DNA of 64,000 nt, from positions 24,180,001 through 24,244,000 of the forward strand of contig OZ024745.1 in the NCBI GenBank assembly GCA_964016885.1. Reading direction: 5' to 3'. A program made the position numbers and the translations under genes. The notes beneath the pieces were generated by a model, which worked only from the letters and a program-made list of their open reading frames with translations, was not told the DNA's origin and did no database searches. The stretch comes from Eledone cirrhosa (lineage: Eukaryota). Positions 17,872 through 32,540 of the stretch are shown here, in pieces; position 1 is the first letter of the stretch; the number at the start of each line of letters is the position of its first letter.

Positions 17872-18050
17872 GAATAATTGTTTCTTTGCCAGCAATAAAC
17901 CAGTATATTACTGGAACTTTATTTTATCGACCCCGTAAGGATGAAAGGCAAAGTTAACCTCGGCGGGATTTGAACTCAGAATGGCAAGGGCCGCAACTCT
18001 TTACTGCAAAGCATGGCGTCCGACCTCTACCGATACTGCCAATCCACCAC
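17872..18050 (-). mobile_element. tRNA-derived SINE (family 1)
   Basis: Reverse complement of 6833-7028; partial copies also at 16672-16757 and 19070-19235. Confidence 0.8.
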
Positions 18051-18199
18051 TAATGGTGCGCTAAAAGAATATGATGCGAGCAGACGATAAGGGAGTAAAT
18101 ATAGAAAGAGGTGTTGCTGTCTACTTTTACTGAACAGACAGAAACAACAGAATTAAGGAATAACTTTTGATGAACTTATATAATACATTGCATTGTATG

Positions 18200-18560
18200 T
18201 ACGAGGGTCGGCTGAAACATTCATAGGCTTACTATGAAGGAATGATGCTAGAGCTGTGAAATCTAACATGCATTATTTTCAACTCTTCTTATTAAAAACT
18301 GCATTGTTTCTTTCCAGGGATTATGCTGAAAAATAAACCTCATTTGGTCCTTCCATGAGAGTATCTTGGTCCGCCTATGAACTTTTCAACCTATGAAGGA
18401 TTGATGCTAGAACTGTGAAATCTTGCATGCATTATTTTCAACTCTTCTTATTAATAACTGCATTGTTTCTTTCCAGGGATTATGTTGAAAAATAAAGCTT
18501 ATTTGGTCATTCCATGAGAGAATCTTGGTCAGCATGTGATCTTTTCAGCCGACCCTTATA
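18200..18560. mobile_element. Mariner-type MITE with internal tandem duplication
   Basis: TIRs TA-CGAGGGTCGGCTGAAA / TTTCAGCCGACCCT-TATA; ~160 bp duplication inside; relatives at 42583-42794 and 34870-34980. Confidence 0.75.
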
Positions 18561-19640
18561 TATACGTAGAGAAAGCTATGTCTAGCCATTAGGATCTAGA
18601 AATCACTTCAAGCAACTTTCCTTCACTTCTGCTATTCTGCATTTCATGTACGCCACAATATCCTGTTTTCTCCGATATATAAATCCGTATTTTAGCTTAT
18701 ACGTATGTGGCTTTCTGAGAGTCATGCATATACGTAACTAAAGACAGCTGTACATATAGAATTAGCTTGGGTAAATGTGGTTACAATTTTGTTTTTAGAT
18801 AAAAGGAACACTGGCCATTGTTGTAGTGTCACAATAAACCCAAGGAGAGGATATAGCACATTTGAGAACTAGAGATCTTGACATGTTTGATGAAGGAATC
18901 TTTGACAAACAGCCGAATAGAAATTTTCATGTTATTTATTCATTTATGTATTTAATAGATAAGTTGTAGGAGGTTAGTGCGTGTGTAACAGCAAACTCAC
19001 AGCAGATATAGGGGCAATGCTCCAGGATGATCTACACACGAGATTTGTTGGAAATCAACATCTAATACATATTGGTCTCTGATTTAGGCACAAGGTCAAC
19101 AATTTTGGTGGAGGGGAAAGTCGATTAAATTGACTCCAGTGTATTACTGGTACTTTATTTTATCGACCTTGTAAGGATGAAAGGCAAAGTTAACCTCGGG
19201 AGGGAGTATTTGAACTCAGATTGTAAAGGGCCGTTAAATATTGAAGTGTGTTCTGGTAACATTTTTCATAATGTTATATATGTGAGGTGGTCATGAAATA
19301 TAAGATATTTTGAAGTAGTTTTAGCAACTTTTGAGAGGGTTAGTTGTGTATTGTTTATAAGTATGAGATGTGTATTGATGACGAAGATTTTGTACTGTTG
19401 ACAGAAAACACATTATCATGTTCTTATTGGAAAATGCTTCCAATGATTGTTTTCATGTCGTGCTGAATCATATTGACAGTTATATTAAGGTTACACGTGT
19501 CTGTACAATTCTCAGCCATTTGCACGTTAATTTCAGGAGCAAGCTGTTCCGTTGGTCAAACAACTGGAATACTCATCATCGCAAATGACGGAGGTTCAAT
19601 ATATGTAAAAAGGAGAAAGAGATAGATAGATAGATAGATA

Positions 19641-19730
<90 letters not shown>

Positions 19731-20137
19731 CAGAGAAAGAGAGAGAAAGAAACGTGAGAAAACAAGCGTGAGAGAGAGAGGAAGTGGCATATTCTGAAAC
19801 CAGTCTCACATGCGCACATACATGCCACAGAGTGTAAAAATACATATACACACCATCTGTTATAGTTTTATAATCAGTCACGTACACTCGATCTCTCTTG
19901 CTTCTTCTCTCTTTTCTCTCTTTATCTTCTCTCCGTATTTCTCTACCCCCCTCTCTCTCTCTTTCTCCCCATTATATACGCTTCATAAGCTTTCCTCCTC
20001 TATCTTATCTATATCCTCTTTCCCTGTCTTCTATCTTTTTGCAATTTATATCCAACTTTCTACGTTTCTATTGCAAATTTTCAGTGCTTATACTCTCTCT
20101 CCCTATATATCTATATATCTATATATATCTATATATA

Positions 20138-20170
<33 letters not shown>

Positions 20171-20177
20171 ATATATA

Positions 20178-20217
<40 letters not shown>

Positions 20218-20225
20218 TATATATA

Positions 20226-20259
<34 letters not shown>

Positions 20260-20272
20260 TCTCTCTCTCTCA

Positions 20273-20311
<39 letters not shown>

Positions 20312-20313
<2 letters not shown>

Positions 20314-20505
20314 GGGAAAAGTATGACCCTGACGGCAGAGCTCAAGCCGTTTCGACGGCTATTTCTGGACTGAAATAGCCGTCGAAACGGCTTGAGGTCA
20401 GCCGTCGGGGTCATACTTTTTCCTATTCCCACTCTACTACCCTAAGTATTGAGTACTCTGGTGCGTTATGGTCCATCTGGTTCCTTACCACAATCCTTTT
20501 GTTAT
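20312..20505. mobile_element. Solo fold-back pLTR fragment of the 51662-56270 PLE family
   Basis: Matches the 52083-52200 pLTR; inverted at HHR stem II. Similar fragments at 4222-4310, 22388-22440, 35158-35570, 38652-38835 and 44540-44702. Confidence 0.8.
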
Positions 20506-20858
20506 ATATATATGTATATACATACATACATATATATATATATATCCCTTCCAATGTGTGCATATAAATATATATATATATGCACACATTGGAAGGGATA
20601 TATATATGTATGTAAATATAAATTTAGCGGGAATCGCATTTCGGCGGGTAGAAATGAGCGAAACGCAACTTCCATATTGTGCTTGTACAGATAAGCGCTC
20701 CATGGATATGAAGAAGAAGATACCAGAGCTATAAACATAAGTTAAAATGGTCATACACGCGGTGACGATGGTTAAGAAGCCATTAACCTCCATAGCCCCA
20801 AAAAGCGAACAAGCTAAACTGGTCAAACAAAATGAGATATGATTGAAATATATATAGT

Positions 20859-20897
<39 letters not shown>

Positions 20898-21530
20898 ATT
20901 TAAATGGATACAGTTTAGTTAAAATGTTCTAGTATGTATGTATATATATGTATATGTATATGTATATATATGTATGTACATTAAAATATATGATAAACAC
21001 GAAACGTGTTTGCATTGTAACAGACAAAGTTAGCTATTAATGAAATAAACTAATTAAAGTGAATACAATTTGTCTGTCTCGATATAAGTCAATAAAGACA
21101 AGCTTATATTGGCAACGGCCATGATTCCTGGACAGATTTCAATTTCAAAATCCAAACCTGTTCCGTAGACGAATTTGAACCTCGAAACCTAAATCCGTTT
21201 CGCAACGGTGGAATGTGAATTGAAAAATAAAGAGAATCGAAATGGAATTGAAATAAAAAGTGAAATATCCAAATCTTCTGTGCTTATCAACAGGAATCCA
21301 GTAAAATTAGTACATCTCACATCAAAAATTTTGCATTTCTGGAGCTTAATTATTGTAAACGACTGGGAGTTTATTCTCAAAATATAATATAGTATATTGC
21401 TCCTTAACTGTAGAGCTGATCTTTAATCCCGCATAAACGGCTGTTATTTCTAGCACCGTGAATGTGGGACGGCTAGTTTGGCCTGTCATATATATATCTA
21501 TATATCTATATATCTATATATCTATATATA

Positions 21531-21621
<91 letters not shown>

Positions 21622-21634
21622 ATTTACACATATA

Positions 21635-21681
<47 letters not shown>

Positions 21682-21701
21682 TTACACATATATGTGTACA
21701 C

Positions 21702-21770
<69 letters not shown>

Positions 21771-21793
21771 TGTATATTTACACATATATGTGT

Positions 21794-21894
<101 letters not shown>

Positions 21895-21919
21895 CATGTA
21901 TATTTACACATATATGTGT

Positions 21920-21992
<73 letters not shown>

Positions 21993-22290
21993 TATATATA
22001 TACAGACAGACATATATTCCCTCCACATATTTTTCTCCTTCGTTTTTCTATTTTCCACTTAACTTCTCTTTCTCATCCACTCTCTTTCTTTTTCTCACTT
22101 TTTCGCACACACACTCTCATTCTCTCTTACTCCCCCCTCTCTATCTCTCAAAAGAATACGTTTCTTTCTCTAATCTTATACTCTCTCCCTTTCACCTCCC
22201 TTTCTTTCTTTCTTCCTCTTTCTCCTTCTCATTGTCTGTCAAATTTCTACGCTTCTCTCTCTAGCCTTACACTCTCTCCCACTCTGCCTC

Positions 22291-22380
<90 letters not shown>

Positions 22381-22509
22381 AGTCCACAAATAGCCGTCGA
22401 AACGGTTTGAGCTCTGCCGTCGGGGTCATACTTTCTCCTATATATATATATCAATTTCGCACACAGTTTTCACCATCATTCTTCTTATATCTTTCTCCCA
22501 CTGCTTCTG

Positions 22510-22565
<56 letters not shown>

Positions 22566-23237
22566 CCTCTCACTCTTGTCCTTATAAGTCTCTCACTATT
22601 CTCTGTAGCTCTCTTTTCTCTATTAACCTCTGTCATCCTTTTCTACTCTCACTCCATCCTTCTATCTATCCTTGTCTGTCTTTCTTTCTCCCTCTTTCTC
22701 ACACACACTCTCTCTCTCTTTCCTCTCCCCTCTCTCCCTAACCTACTCTTTATTTCAATCCATCTGATACCAGCCTTTAGTCACGCATGGTTTCACAGCC
22801 CACTTTACGGCTATCTGCACTTTATCGACAGTGGTCACACTTCATTGCACACCGCCGCTCGCCGCCAATCATGTCGGAGGTTGCTATTGGTGACGGTATG
22901 GTGCGGTCGTTGATACAAGAAACCACCCCACCACCGCCACCACCACACGATCCGCCAAAATCAGCAATAATAAAATCAACAGCAAAACAAAATTCTCACT
23001 ACAACATCAATAACAGCAATAACAATAACAACATCAATAACAGCAGTAACAACAACAACAACAATAACACCAGTAACAACAACAACATCAACAACATAGT
23101 TAGGAACTAGAATTGCAGCAATAAAACAAGCAGCAATGATTGAGAAAATCTCTCTATGTGGTGGTTCGATTCGTTAGACATAGCAGCGAAATCTCCTTCA
23201 AATCCCACACTAACATTTTTAAAAAGTGAAGGAAAAG

Positions 23238-24647
23238 TGATTTAGGCACAAGGTCAAAGGTTTTTTTGGGGGGGGGGGGCGATTAAATCAACCTTAGTAT
23301 GTTACTGGTACTTTATTTTATCGACCCCGTCAAAGCTAACCTCTGCAGGATTTGAATTCAGAAAGTAAAGGGGCGTAACTCTAAAAGATAATTGTTTCTA
23401 CGTTTGGCGCAAGGCCAGCAACTATCCCAGTAGATTACTGGTACTTTATTTTATCGACCCCGTAAGGATGAAAGACAAAGTTAACCTCGGCGGGATTTGA
23501 ACTCAGAATGGCAAGGGCCGTAACTCTATGCGTCAAAGCATGGCGTCCGACCCTCTACCGATACTGCCAATTCACCAAGATAATAATGATTAAAAAGAGA
23601 TGATATGGCCACATTTGGAATGTCTGATCAAGATTGAACTCCGCCTGAACAAAATCATCAACAAGAGTAACGTTGCTAACAACATTGACTGATAATAATT
23701 CTTCATTTTTGGCACAATTCCTGTCATTTTAGTGGACGTGGATAATTCATTAAATCGACCCAGTATGTGACTGGTACTTTACTTTTCGACCCCGAAAGGA
23801 TGAAAGGCAAAGTTAACCTTTGCCGGATTTTAACTCAGACCGTACACAGTCGTAACTAAATGTCACAAAGCATTTTATCCGAAGCTCTACCGATTCTTTC
23901 AAACCACCGCTATAATATCGACTAATGATGGTTTCTGATTTAGGAACAAGGCCAACAATTTGTGGGGAGAGGAAAGTCGATTAAATCGATACCAGTGTGT
24001 TACTGGTACTTTATTTTATCGAACAACAACAACAAAACAACCAAAATAGCAAAATATCAACAAATGATAACAATAATAACAAACCTAATACCTATAACAA
24101 CAATATATCTTTGTATCATTGGCACAAGGCCAGAAATTTAAGGGAAGGGGAAAGTCGTTTATGAGTATTTAACTGGTACTTTATTTTTCGACCCCCGGAA
24201 GGATGAAATGTAAAGTTGTCCTCAGTAGGATTTGAACTCAGAACGTATAAAGTCGTAACTAGGGAGAGAAACTGCTTCCTTGATATGTATAATGATTCAG
24301 ATAGGGATGTTGAAAGAGACAAGTTTGAAATGCCTCCTATTTAAGGTTACTCACATGGTTTCTGTTCATTGGCTCAGCTTATAATATGATGAGGTCTTTA
24401 GGTTTGATGTCCATGTCCCTTTCGTGCACAAAGTTAAGTAAGAGTGAAGCGCCTTATTATAAGTAATTGTTTCTACTTTTGGCGCAAGGCCAGCAATTAC
24501 CCAGTACATTACTGGTACTTTATTTTATCGACCCCGTAAGGATGAAAGGCAAAGTTAACCTCGGCGGGATTTGAACTCAGACCATAAAGGACCGTAACTC
24601 TATACGTCAAAGCATGGCGTCCGACCCTCTACCGATACTGCCAATCC
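23238..24647 (-). mobile_element. Cluster of ~6 co-oriented family-1 SINE copies
   Basis: Copies at ~23238-23383, 23387-23577, 23692-23911, 23925-24021, 24113-24261, 24463-24647. Confidence 0.8.
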
Positions 24648-25082
24648 TGTAAGTAATGATAGGAAGCAGATCATAGATTCATTTAAGGAAAAGTGTGAAA
24701 GACATTACCAAACCTTGAAGTACACCAGAATTAATAGAATTCATATTGGGGTGAGTTGCAACGGCACGCGCTGCAATGGAACGATGTGACAAGAAGTTTT
24801 CGAATAAAATATTGATAGCCGGGAGTAAACCGGGTGTAAACAGGAAACTTAGCTAAGAGTCAGTGGCTTTTCTGGTGCTACATGCAACAATGTAACTTTA
24901 ACTTTTGTTTGCTATTTCTCTTTATTATTGAGTTGAGTGTATTCTGTGTAATATATACAGTATATCTAGTTGAACGAGGTGGAAAATTGGCAGAGTCGTT
25001 AGAACGACGGATAGAATGCTTTGCGGTATTCGTTTCGGCTTTCGGGAGTTTAAATCCCACCGAGGTCAACTTCGTCCTTTAC

Positions 25083-25196
25083 CTCTTTCTCATTTCTATT
25101 CTCTTACTCTTTATCCTTCTCTCTTTCTCATTTCTATTCTCTTACTCTTTATCCTTCTCTCTTTCTCATTTCTATTCTCTTACTCTTTATCCTTCT
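25083..25196. repeat. 38-bp tandem repeat x3 following a truncated SINE (24977-25082)
   Basis: ctctttctcatttctattctcttactctttatccttct three times. Confidence 0.85.
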
Positions 25197-25449
25197 GGGT
25201 TCCGCCAGGCTTAATAAATGCCCTGGAAGCGACATATGTCAATACGGTGCCCTTACGACTCCCGCGAGAATTACGGGACCATCTAGAGGTTCTATTTTCT
25301 AAGCACCTGAAAAATGTCTTCCTTTATGTAAACTCTACACCTATAGACTTAGAGTTCTATCTTTACGGACTTACTTAAATCAGAACCACTAAAAAAAGGT
25401 ATATTAGTTCGACTACGTAATCCCATCAATGTTAGCATATGCAGCTATA

Positions 25450-27351
25450 TTACAATTTAGATCAGTCTAAGGCATTCGATAGGGTCGACCATCGATACTT
25501 GGAAGCGGTTCTCAAGGCGGCCGGTTTCGGTCCCGTTTTCAGAGGCTGGGTCAAGGCGATGCACACCAACATCTGCTCGAAGCTCAAGGCGAACAGCTAC
25601 CTATCAGAGATGTTCGCAATCACGCGTTCCATTCGACAGGGATGCCCTCTCTCCTCCATTCTGTACTCTAGAGCCACTACTGTGGAAGCTGGAGCTTTTT
25701 CAGGGCATCCCTTTAGAACCGGGACTGCGAAAAGCGGCATCGGCTTATGCCGACGACGTGACGGTAATAGTGTCGAAAACCTCGGAAATCGAGGTAATCG
25801 GCAACCTACTACAGGAATACGAAAGGTTCACAGGAGCAAAATTGAACCCAGACAAGTTTGTCGGTTTGCAACTCGAAACGTGGAGAGGCAAACCGATGAC
25901 GTCCGAGAGCGTCGTTGGACGCTGGACGGAAGGACCGGTGAAATTGCTCGGGGTCTGGTTCGGTCCAGACCTCCTGGTGGAGAAAAACTGGAACGAGGTC
26001 ATGGCCAAGGTATTTGCGCTCACCCAGAAATGGGCAGAGTGCAAACTGTCTTTGAAAGGTCGAGCGAAGGTGGCGAACACTTTCATAGCGTCCGTCATCT
26101 ACTACCGCTTGACTGTCGTGCATTGTCCCCGTGAATACCTCACCAAGATGGGACGCATGCTCTTCCAGTTACTGTGGAAGAAGCAGGCTCCACTGGTGAG
26201 GAGATCCGTCTGCTGTCAACACCCTTCCAACGGAGGGCTGGGCATACCGTGGCTACTGATGCGCAAACATGCGTTGAGGCTATAGCATCTCCAGGTATTC
26301 CTCACCGACCAACCGTTTGTGAGAGAGGCCTTCCCACAACTTGTCTCGCTGACGGAGCTGCAGTCCTGGGTCAAGCGAAGACCGAAGAAGATGGGTGCCT
26401 GGCACATTGAATGCGCCCAGGCGCTCACAGTCTTCTGTCAAGCGGGCACAGCAATCGGTGGAGACTCCACTTCGATATACTACAGAGGGTTAGTACTTTA
26501 CAAGTGCGACGACGTGATCGGGGAGATTCTAGGCGTCGAAGACAACCAGCTCACCAGTTTGTTCAGTAGGACTTTCCGCCCGGGACCTATGGACAACTTC
26601 CAGAGGTCCCTGGCCTGGCAGTGCTACCGAGGAGCTCTACACGTTCGAGACAAAATCTACAGGCACGGACGCCCGGCAGGGATCCTTCCAAGAGGATGTG
26701 TCCAAGATGCGAGCAGGATATTGAAACCCTCTTGCCCGCAATTGTACACTGCCCGGGCGTAAGCGACCTGTGGAACTGTGCAGAACAACTTTCTGTCGCG
26801 TATGGGACAAATCCAGTTGACTGCCGAGTCCATAGTAAGGATCAAACCGCCAGCCTCTTTCAAAAACGAAAGAGAGGCGGTTTTCTTCTGTACAGTGGCT
26901 ATGGTGAAAGAGGTTATATGGTGGACGAGATTGAGAGGACTGAGGACAGATGCCTTACTCTCCGGACAACAATTGATTTCCTTCTTTAAGTATCACTTTA
27001 GAAGGAGAATCAGAGTGGAGAGAGAGGCACTGCACCCCAGTAAATTTACTGGAAGGTGGGTGAATGAAGCGAAAATGGCCCGAGTGATTGGGCCTTCTCT
27101 GTTTATAAGCCTGTAGGTTGAAGAAGAGAGCAAAAGGAAGAAAGTGGACTTGCACACCACGCTCCTGAAGTTGCGGGCTGTTCTATCGACGGGGTATTAA
27201 ACAACCCATTTGTGGTGCCTCCCTACTATTGGGGATTTCGATTGTTATAATTGTTTGTTTCAATATTTTTACGCGACTGTATGTAAAATCCCCGGCATGT
27301 GTCTTTGTATTGTCCCCTTTTCTTGTGCGCCCTTGTGGCAAATAAAGAAAT
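25450..27351 (+). mobile_element. 5'-truncated Tx1/L1-clade LINE, frameshifted ORF2 (RT + C-terminal Zn finger)
   Basis: LDQSKAFDRVDH, RQGCPLS, SAYADDVT, LSLKGRAKVAN, GGLGIP, CPRC..E....HCP; 3' end AATAAAGAAAT. Confidence 0.9.
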
Positions 27352-28109
27352 ATATAAATTAATACTGTTTTTACTAGTGTGGTGGGTAACTGAGTCATTT
27401 AAAATATATTGTGTTATTGTGTTACCTTTCTAAGTTACAAGCTGAGTTTCAGCTTTCATTCATGTGGCTTCAGTAACAGTTAAATACTGCGGTCGATTTA
27501 ATAGACTGTAGCACCAACCTAAAATGATGTGCACTTGTGACAATGTTAGAAGTCAATATAGGAACAGTGTGACATACATTCATGTTTGTGCATGTTTGCA
27601 TTTGACGGAGGAAAAAAAGAACGAAAAACAAAACGAGATATAGTGTGGCAAAGGAGGGCTTAGATGTAGAGAGAGAGACAGTGAAAGAGAAGATTGTGTA
27701 GGTGAGAGAGAGAGCGAGAGTGTGTGTGTTATGTGTGTGGAGAGAGTGTGTGTATGTCTATATGTGTGTGTGGGAGAGAGTGTGTGTGTGTGTGAAGAAG
27801 TGCAAGAGAACACTGAAGATACGAGAGAGGGTGGGAGTTAATAAGGCAAGGTAAGAGCAAACATAATAGGAGTAATAATGAAAAATGTTAGAAAGTGAGC
27901 TGCAATGGGTTGGAACGTGATATGTTTTATTGACGTTGGAGGTACTGATACACACACACACACACATACGTACATACACACACACACAGATACATACACA
28001 TACATACACACATACATACATCCAAACACACACACATACACACATATATATATAGATATATATTGCGGGTGGCCGTGGAGTATTGTATGGAATACACTAA
28101 TACACACGC

Positions 28110-28307
<198 letters not shown>

Positions 28308-28387
28308 CAGGATTAAGAACGAAACAGGTGCATGTAACTGATATTGTCTAATATATATACGCCCACTCCTACCCACACACAAATGCG

Positions 28388-28483
<96 letters not shown>

Positions 28484-28499
28484 TGGAGAGAGAGAGAGA

Positions 28500-28549
<50 letters not shown>

Positions 28550-29159
28550 CACGCTTTGCATTACAAGAACACAGCCGCACGGAAAATCAACGTATGGTTG
28601 CAGCCGGTTGACTTCGACTGGACGGGTAGAAAGGACAGCGTAAAAGGTAGAAAATAAAGAAAGTTGGTGCAGAGATTTATGTGAGGCACCAATGGTTGGA
28701 AATACAGGTCGTCCTGAATAAAACAAAACACTACTCCCCATCTTAAGGCATCTTGGTCTGACTTGACAAAAAAGTCCTGATTGTTGATCTGACATTTCCT
28801 TGAGAAGGCAATATGGGGTGGGATCATGAAATATGAAGAACTAAAGGAGTCGTGTGTTGGTCTACGATGGTACTGGCAGTGAATATTGCTTCCAATTGTG
28901 CTGTGGCAATATCTACCTTCTCTACCTAGTTTATATTGGAATTGGAAAGGGGAGGAGAGAGATAATTCAACAAATGATGAGTTGAGTGTTGGAAGAGATC
29001 TATTATTTATATGGCAAAACATTTCAGTAAAAGAGCAGAAAGCAGCCTCTCAACAAGGAAAAATATCCTAATGCCAGAATGATGGCAGTAGTTACTTCAT
29101 CGTGATTTTAGAAATCGTAGCACGTTTAACGAAGAAATTTATACTAAGGAGTGGAAAGT

Positions 29160-29482
29160 AAAACCGGGCGCCTTTCTCAAGGAGGCCATAGTTTTTCCGA
29201 CTTGACAGAGCAAATCAGCAGCGCGGGTATCAAGAATCAAAGACGCCAGAGTTCTCGACGGGTGCAAAGAGAAAGCGGTCGGTCAGGCCCCGGTATTTGA
29301 ATATCTTCTCTTTCGAAGTTGTGCAACGAAGCCCGGGTTTATGGCCGAGGCGACACAATTGGAGACAGAGAACGAGTCGCTGCACGTAGCGTCTTAAATT
29401 AGGGATTTGCCCTCCTCGAAAGGGAAGAAGATTAATGCGTCAGGGCGCTTGCCATCACCTCGGCCCAAACCAGCCGGCTCCA
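29160..29482 (-). pseudogene. CRE-clade non-LTR retrotransposon restriction-like endonuclease fragment
   Basis: Manual translation [35 protein letters not shown]...KYRGLTDRFLFAP. Confidence 0.75.
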
Positions 29483-29886
29483 ATTGTTAACGATTCATTG
29501 AATAAGCAAAGTTCCTAATGATACCTTCTGCATTAAGAACATATAGTTATGTAGGAGCTAACATACTTAAATTTATTGCCTCCTCCATTAAATATGTTTA
29601 ATCAATTAACGACATAAACTTCATCAGTATGTCCCATACGATGTCTAATTAATTTGAAATACAGAGTTATTTCCCTTCCCTTTTGACAATAATTATCCCT
29701 AACGTCAATTATGTTTGTTTTTATTTGAGGTGAAATTTTAATCGATTAATTTTCGGTGAAGTTAGATTGACGTAACGTTTCATTGGGTTATATTCAGTCA
29801 GTATATATTAATGTAGGTTTTGAAATACTCAGTCCCGATTAAAGAGACTGTGAACCATATGTACCAGGGGTATGATCTCTCTCTCG

Positions 29887-29935
<49 letters not shown>

Positions 29936-29939
<4 letters not shown>

Positions 29940-30044
29940 GGGTGTCCCCAAAAATGTATGTATACATACTCCAACAGGATTCTAATAAATATTGCCTGTA
30001 TAGGTAATCAAAGTGTGTATATATTTTTGAGGGACACCCTGTAT
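29936..30044. mobile_element. Tc1/mariner MITE (~105 bp)
   Basis: TIRs TATAGGGTGTCCCCAAAAAT / ATTTTTGAGGGACACCCTGTA with TA flanks. Confidence 0.7.
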
Positions 30045-30063
30045 ATATACATACATACACACG

Positions 30064-30104
<41 letters not shown>

Positions 30105-30651
30105 TTATATGCACACACACACACATACACACACACATATAGATATATATTTATATGCACACACACACAAACACACACACACATACACACATATCTCTCT
30201 CTATATATATATATACTGAACTACAGACAGTTTTATATTATAGTAGTAAACGCAGTTGTGTAGTTGTCTGTTAATGTAATAGTGAGTTGTCTGATAGAGA
30301 TCTCAATGCCCCCCCCCCTCACCCCATCTACTGAATTCTGTGATAGTTGACGATGGTACTCCATCAGTTCAAACAACGTATGTCCCAGTTGTTCGAATAC
30401 TGGAACGTAATTAACGTACAGGGGCCTGAGTATTCCACAAACACGTGTACACTTATCGTAGTTATCAGGTAAATTCGGCATGGCGTAGTGCGGGACAAAG
30501 ATGGTTTAAATTTCAGGTATAATTTTTACCAACTGTTTGGATTGGAGCAACGTAAAGTAGAGAAAACAACGCGTAGCCGGGAATCGAACTCACCACCTTA
30601 TGATAATGACTAGAACACGCGAACCACTATGGTAGGTACCTTCATCTACTT

Positions 30652-31163
30652 CAGAGGTTCTCAAACTTTTGGGCCGCCCCGCTCACATCCATGCAATACT
30701 CTCAGCGCCCCCAACCTTATTTCCAGAGAGACCTTCTACAGGCAAATAGTAAATAATTATTTCTACTTTTTGGCACAAGGCCAGCAATTATCCCAGTGCA
30801 TTACTGGTACTTTATTTTATCGACCCCGTAATGATGAAAGGCAAAGTTAACCTCGGCGGGATTTGAACTCAGACCATAAAGGACCGTAACTCTATGTATC
30901 AAAGCATGGCGTCCGACACTCTACCGATACTGCCAATCCATTTATATATAATAAATATAATAATATTATTATATATAATAAATAATATTTACTATGTATA
31001 AACAAATATTTTTTTATTTTACTCTATTTATGTACAATATTTATCATTTGATATTTAATATATCATTACATCATCTCTCTAACCCCCCCCCCCCCCCCCT
31101 TAGGCCACAGTGTGCCCCTGGACCCTCTCAAAGGGGTAATAATGCCCACTTTGAGAACCTCTG
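30652..31163. mobile_element. hAT-type MITE with nested SINE (30752-30940, minus)
   Basis: TIR CAGAGGTTCTCAAA / TTTGAGAACCTCTG; 8-bp TSD atctactt/agctactt (7 of 8). Confidence 0.8.
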
Positions 31164-32066
31164 AGCTACTTGATACTCTAATATTTCAAGGTATATTACC
31201 ATCAGTTTTGACTTGGCTATCTACGTCAGTGCAAATACTTATATAATGTTGAGAGAATCTCTTGAAAACAACATCTATATAATGATGGATTAGTTTACAG
31301 TATCACTCAATCTGCTTAGAAACAGAAGCCAAATCTACATAGAATCGTATTTTAAACATCATCTACAAGGCCACTAATGCATGTTGGTGTCTTAAAGGCG
31401 CCGTCTTTGGCATTTAAACAAGTTCAGCCCATCCCTCTCCAGGTTGGAAAACATACAATTTTTCCAGAAAAATAGAAAGAGGACAAGAGAGAAGTGGGAA
31501 AGAAATATAGAATAAGAGTCAACCCGATTATTGAAACTGTTTATTTATTAATAGATATCGAAGGGATGAAAGGCAATGGTGGTTTTAGTAGGATTTGAAC
31601 TGAGTGCAGAGACCCGGAGAAAATACTACAAAATACTTTATCCGACGCTCTAACGATTCTGTCACTTCACTGCCTTTAAGATCACATCTTAAGGCCTTAA
31701 AAAAAAACAATGGATATTTTATTGACGCTCAGAGATATCAACCCAATCTGACAGTATTTCGAAATAAAATCATAGAGACGAAGTTAAATAGGATAAAAGG
31801 TAGCTAATGAAACATTAGGATAAGGGGAAACTTGGGATTGTCTAGGGTTGTAAATAGGAACATGAATAACTGAAACAGTTGAATGAATTTTATGCCGTAA
31901 AAAAGAAGAGAAATCTAACACTGAAAGCAGTGACGTATATGATATTATGTATATATATATATATATACATACATACATACATACATACATACATACATAC
32001 ATACATACATACACTCACGCACACACACACACACGTATATATATATACATACATACAAACATATAA

Positions 32067-32147
<81 letters not shown>

Positions 32148-32289
32148 CTTCACTTTGTATTTGTGAAATCGTGTGTTGAAACAGACTTGTTATACGTTGT
32201 TTTAGAGAAAGTATTGCTGCCAATAAAAACGAATATGTTCCGTTTGTTTATAACCCGGAGATTGCCACTAGCTTATTTATGCCCTTACC

Positions 32290-32540
32290 CATTCATATAG
32301 GTGTGCATATGTATAAACTCAATGATATCTCTACGACCTTCAAGCACCTGAATTGAAATCATTGACCACCCTGGTGAAACATGTATGAGGATTAAATGAC
32401 ACAAGTATACTCCATGAATAAAATGAAATATACTGGAAAAGTCAAACCCATATATCAATGGATTGAGCTTTGTACCAATGAGCAAACCAGAATTCTCTGT
32501 GTTTAAAATAATCTAAAGAATACCCCAACTCTAAATGTTG
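32290..32540 (+). pseudogene. Highly degenerate Naiad-like GIY-YIG fragment
   Basis: YIG...LTTLVKHV*GLND...ILEKSNPYING..LCTNE resembles the PLE C-terminus seen elsewhere in the window. Confidence 0.5.

Noticed and set aside
28570-29100. Minus-strand 153-aa ORF as a gene or Neptune-type PLE fragment
   Set aside because: Only a faint PPHIAFSR..FVKSD resemblance; not enough to call.
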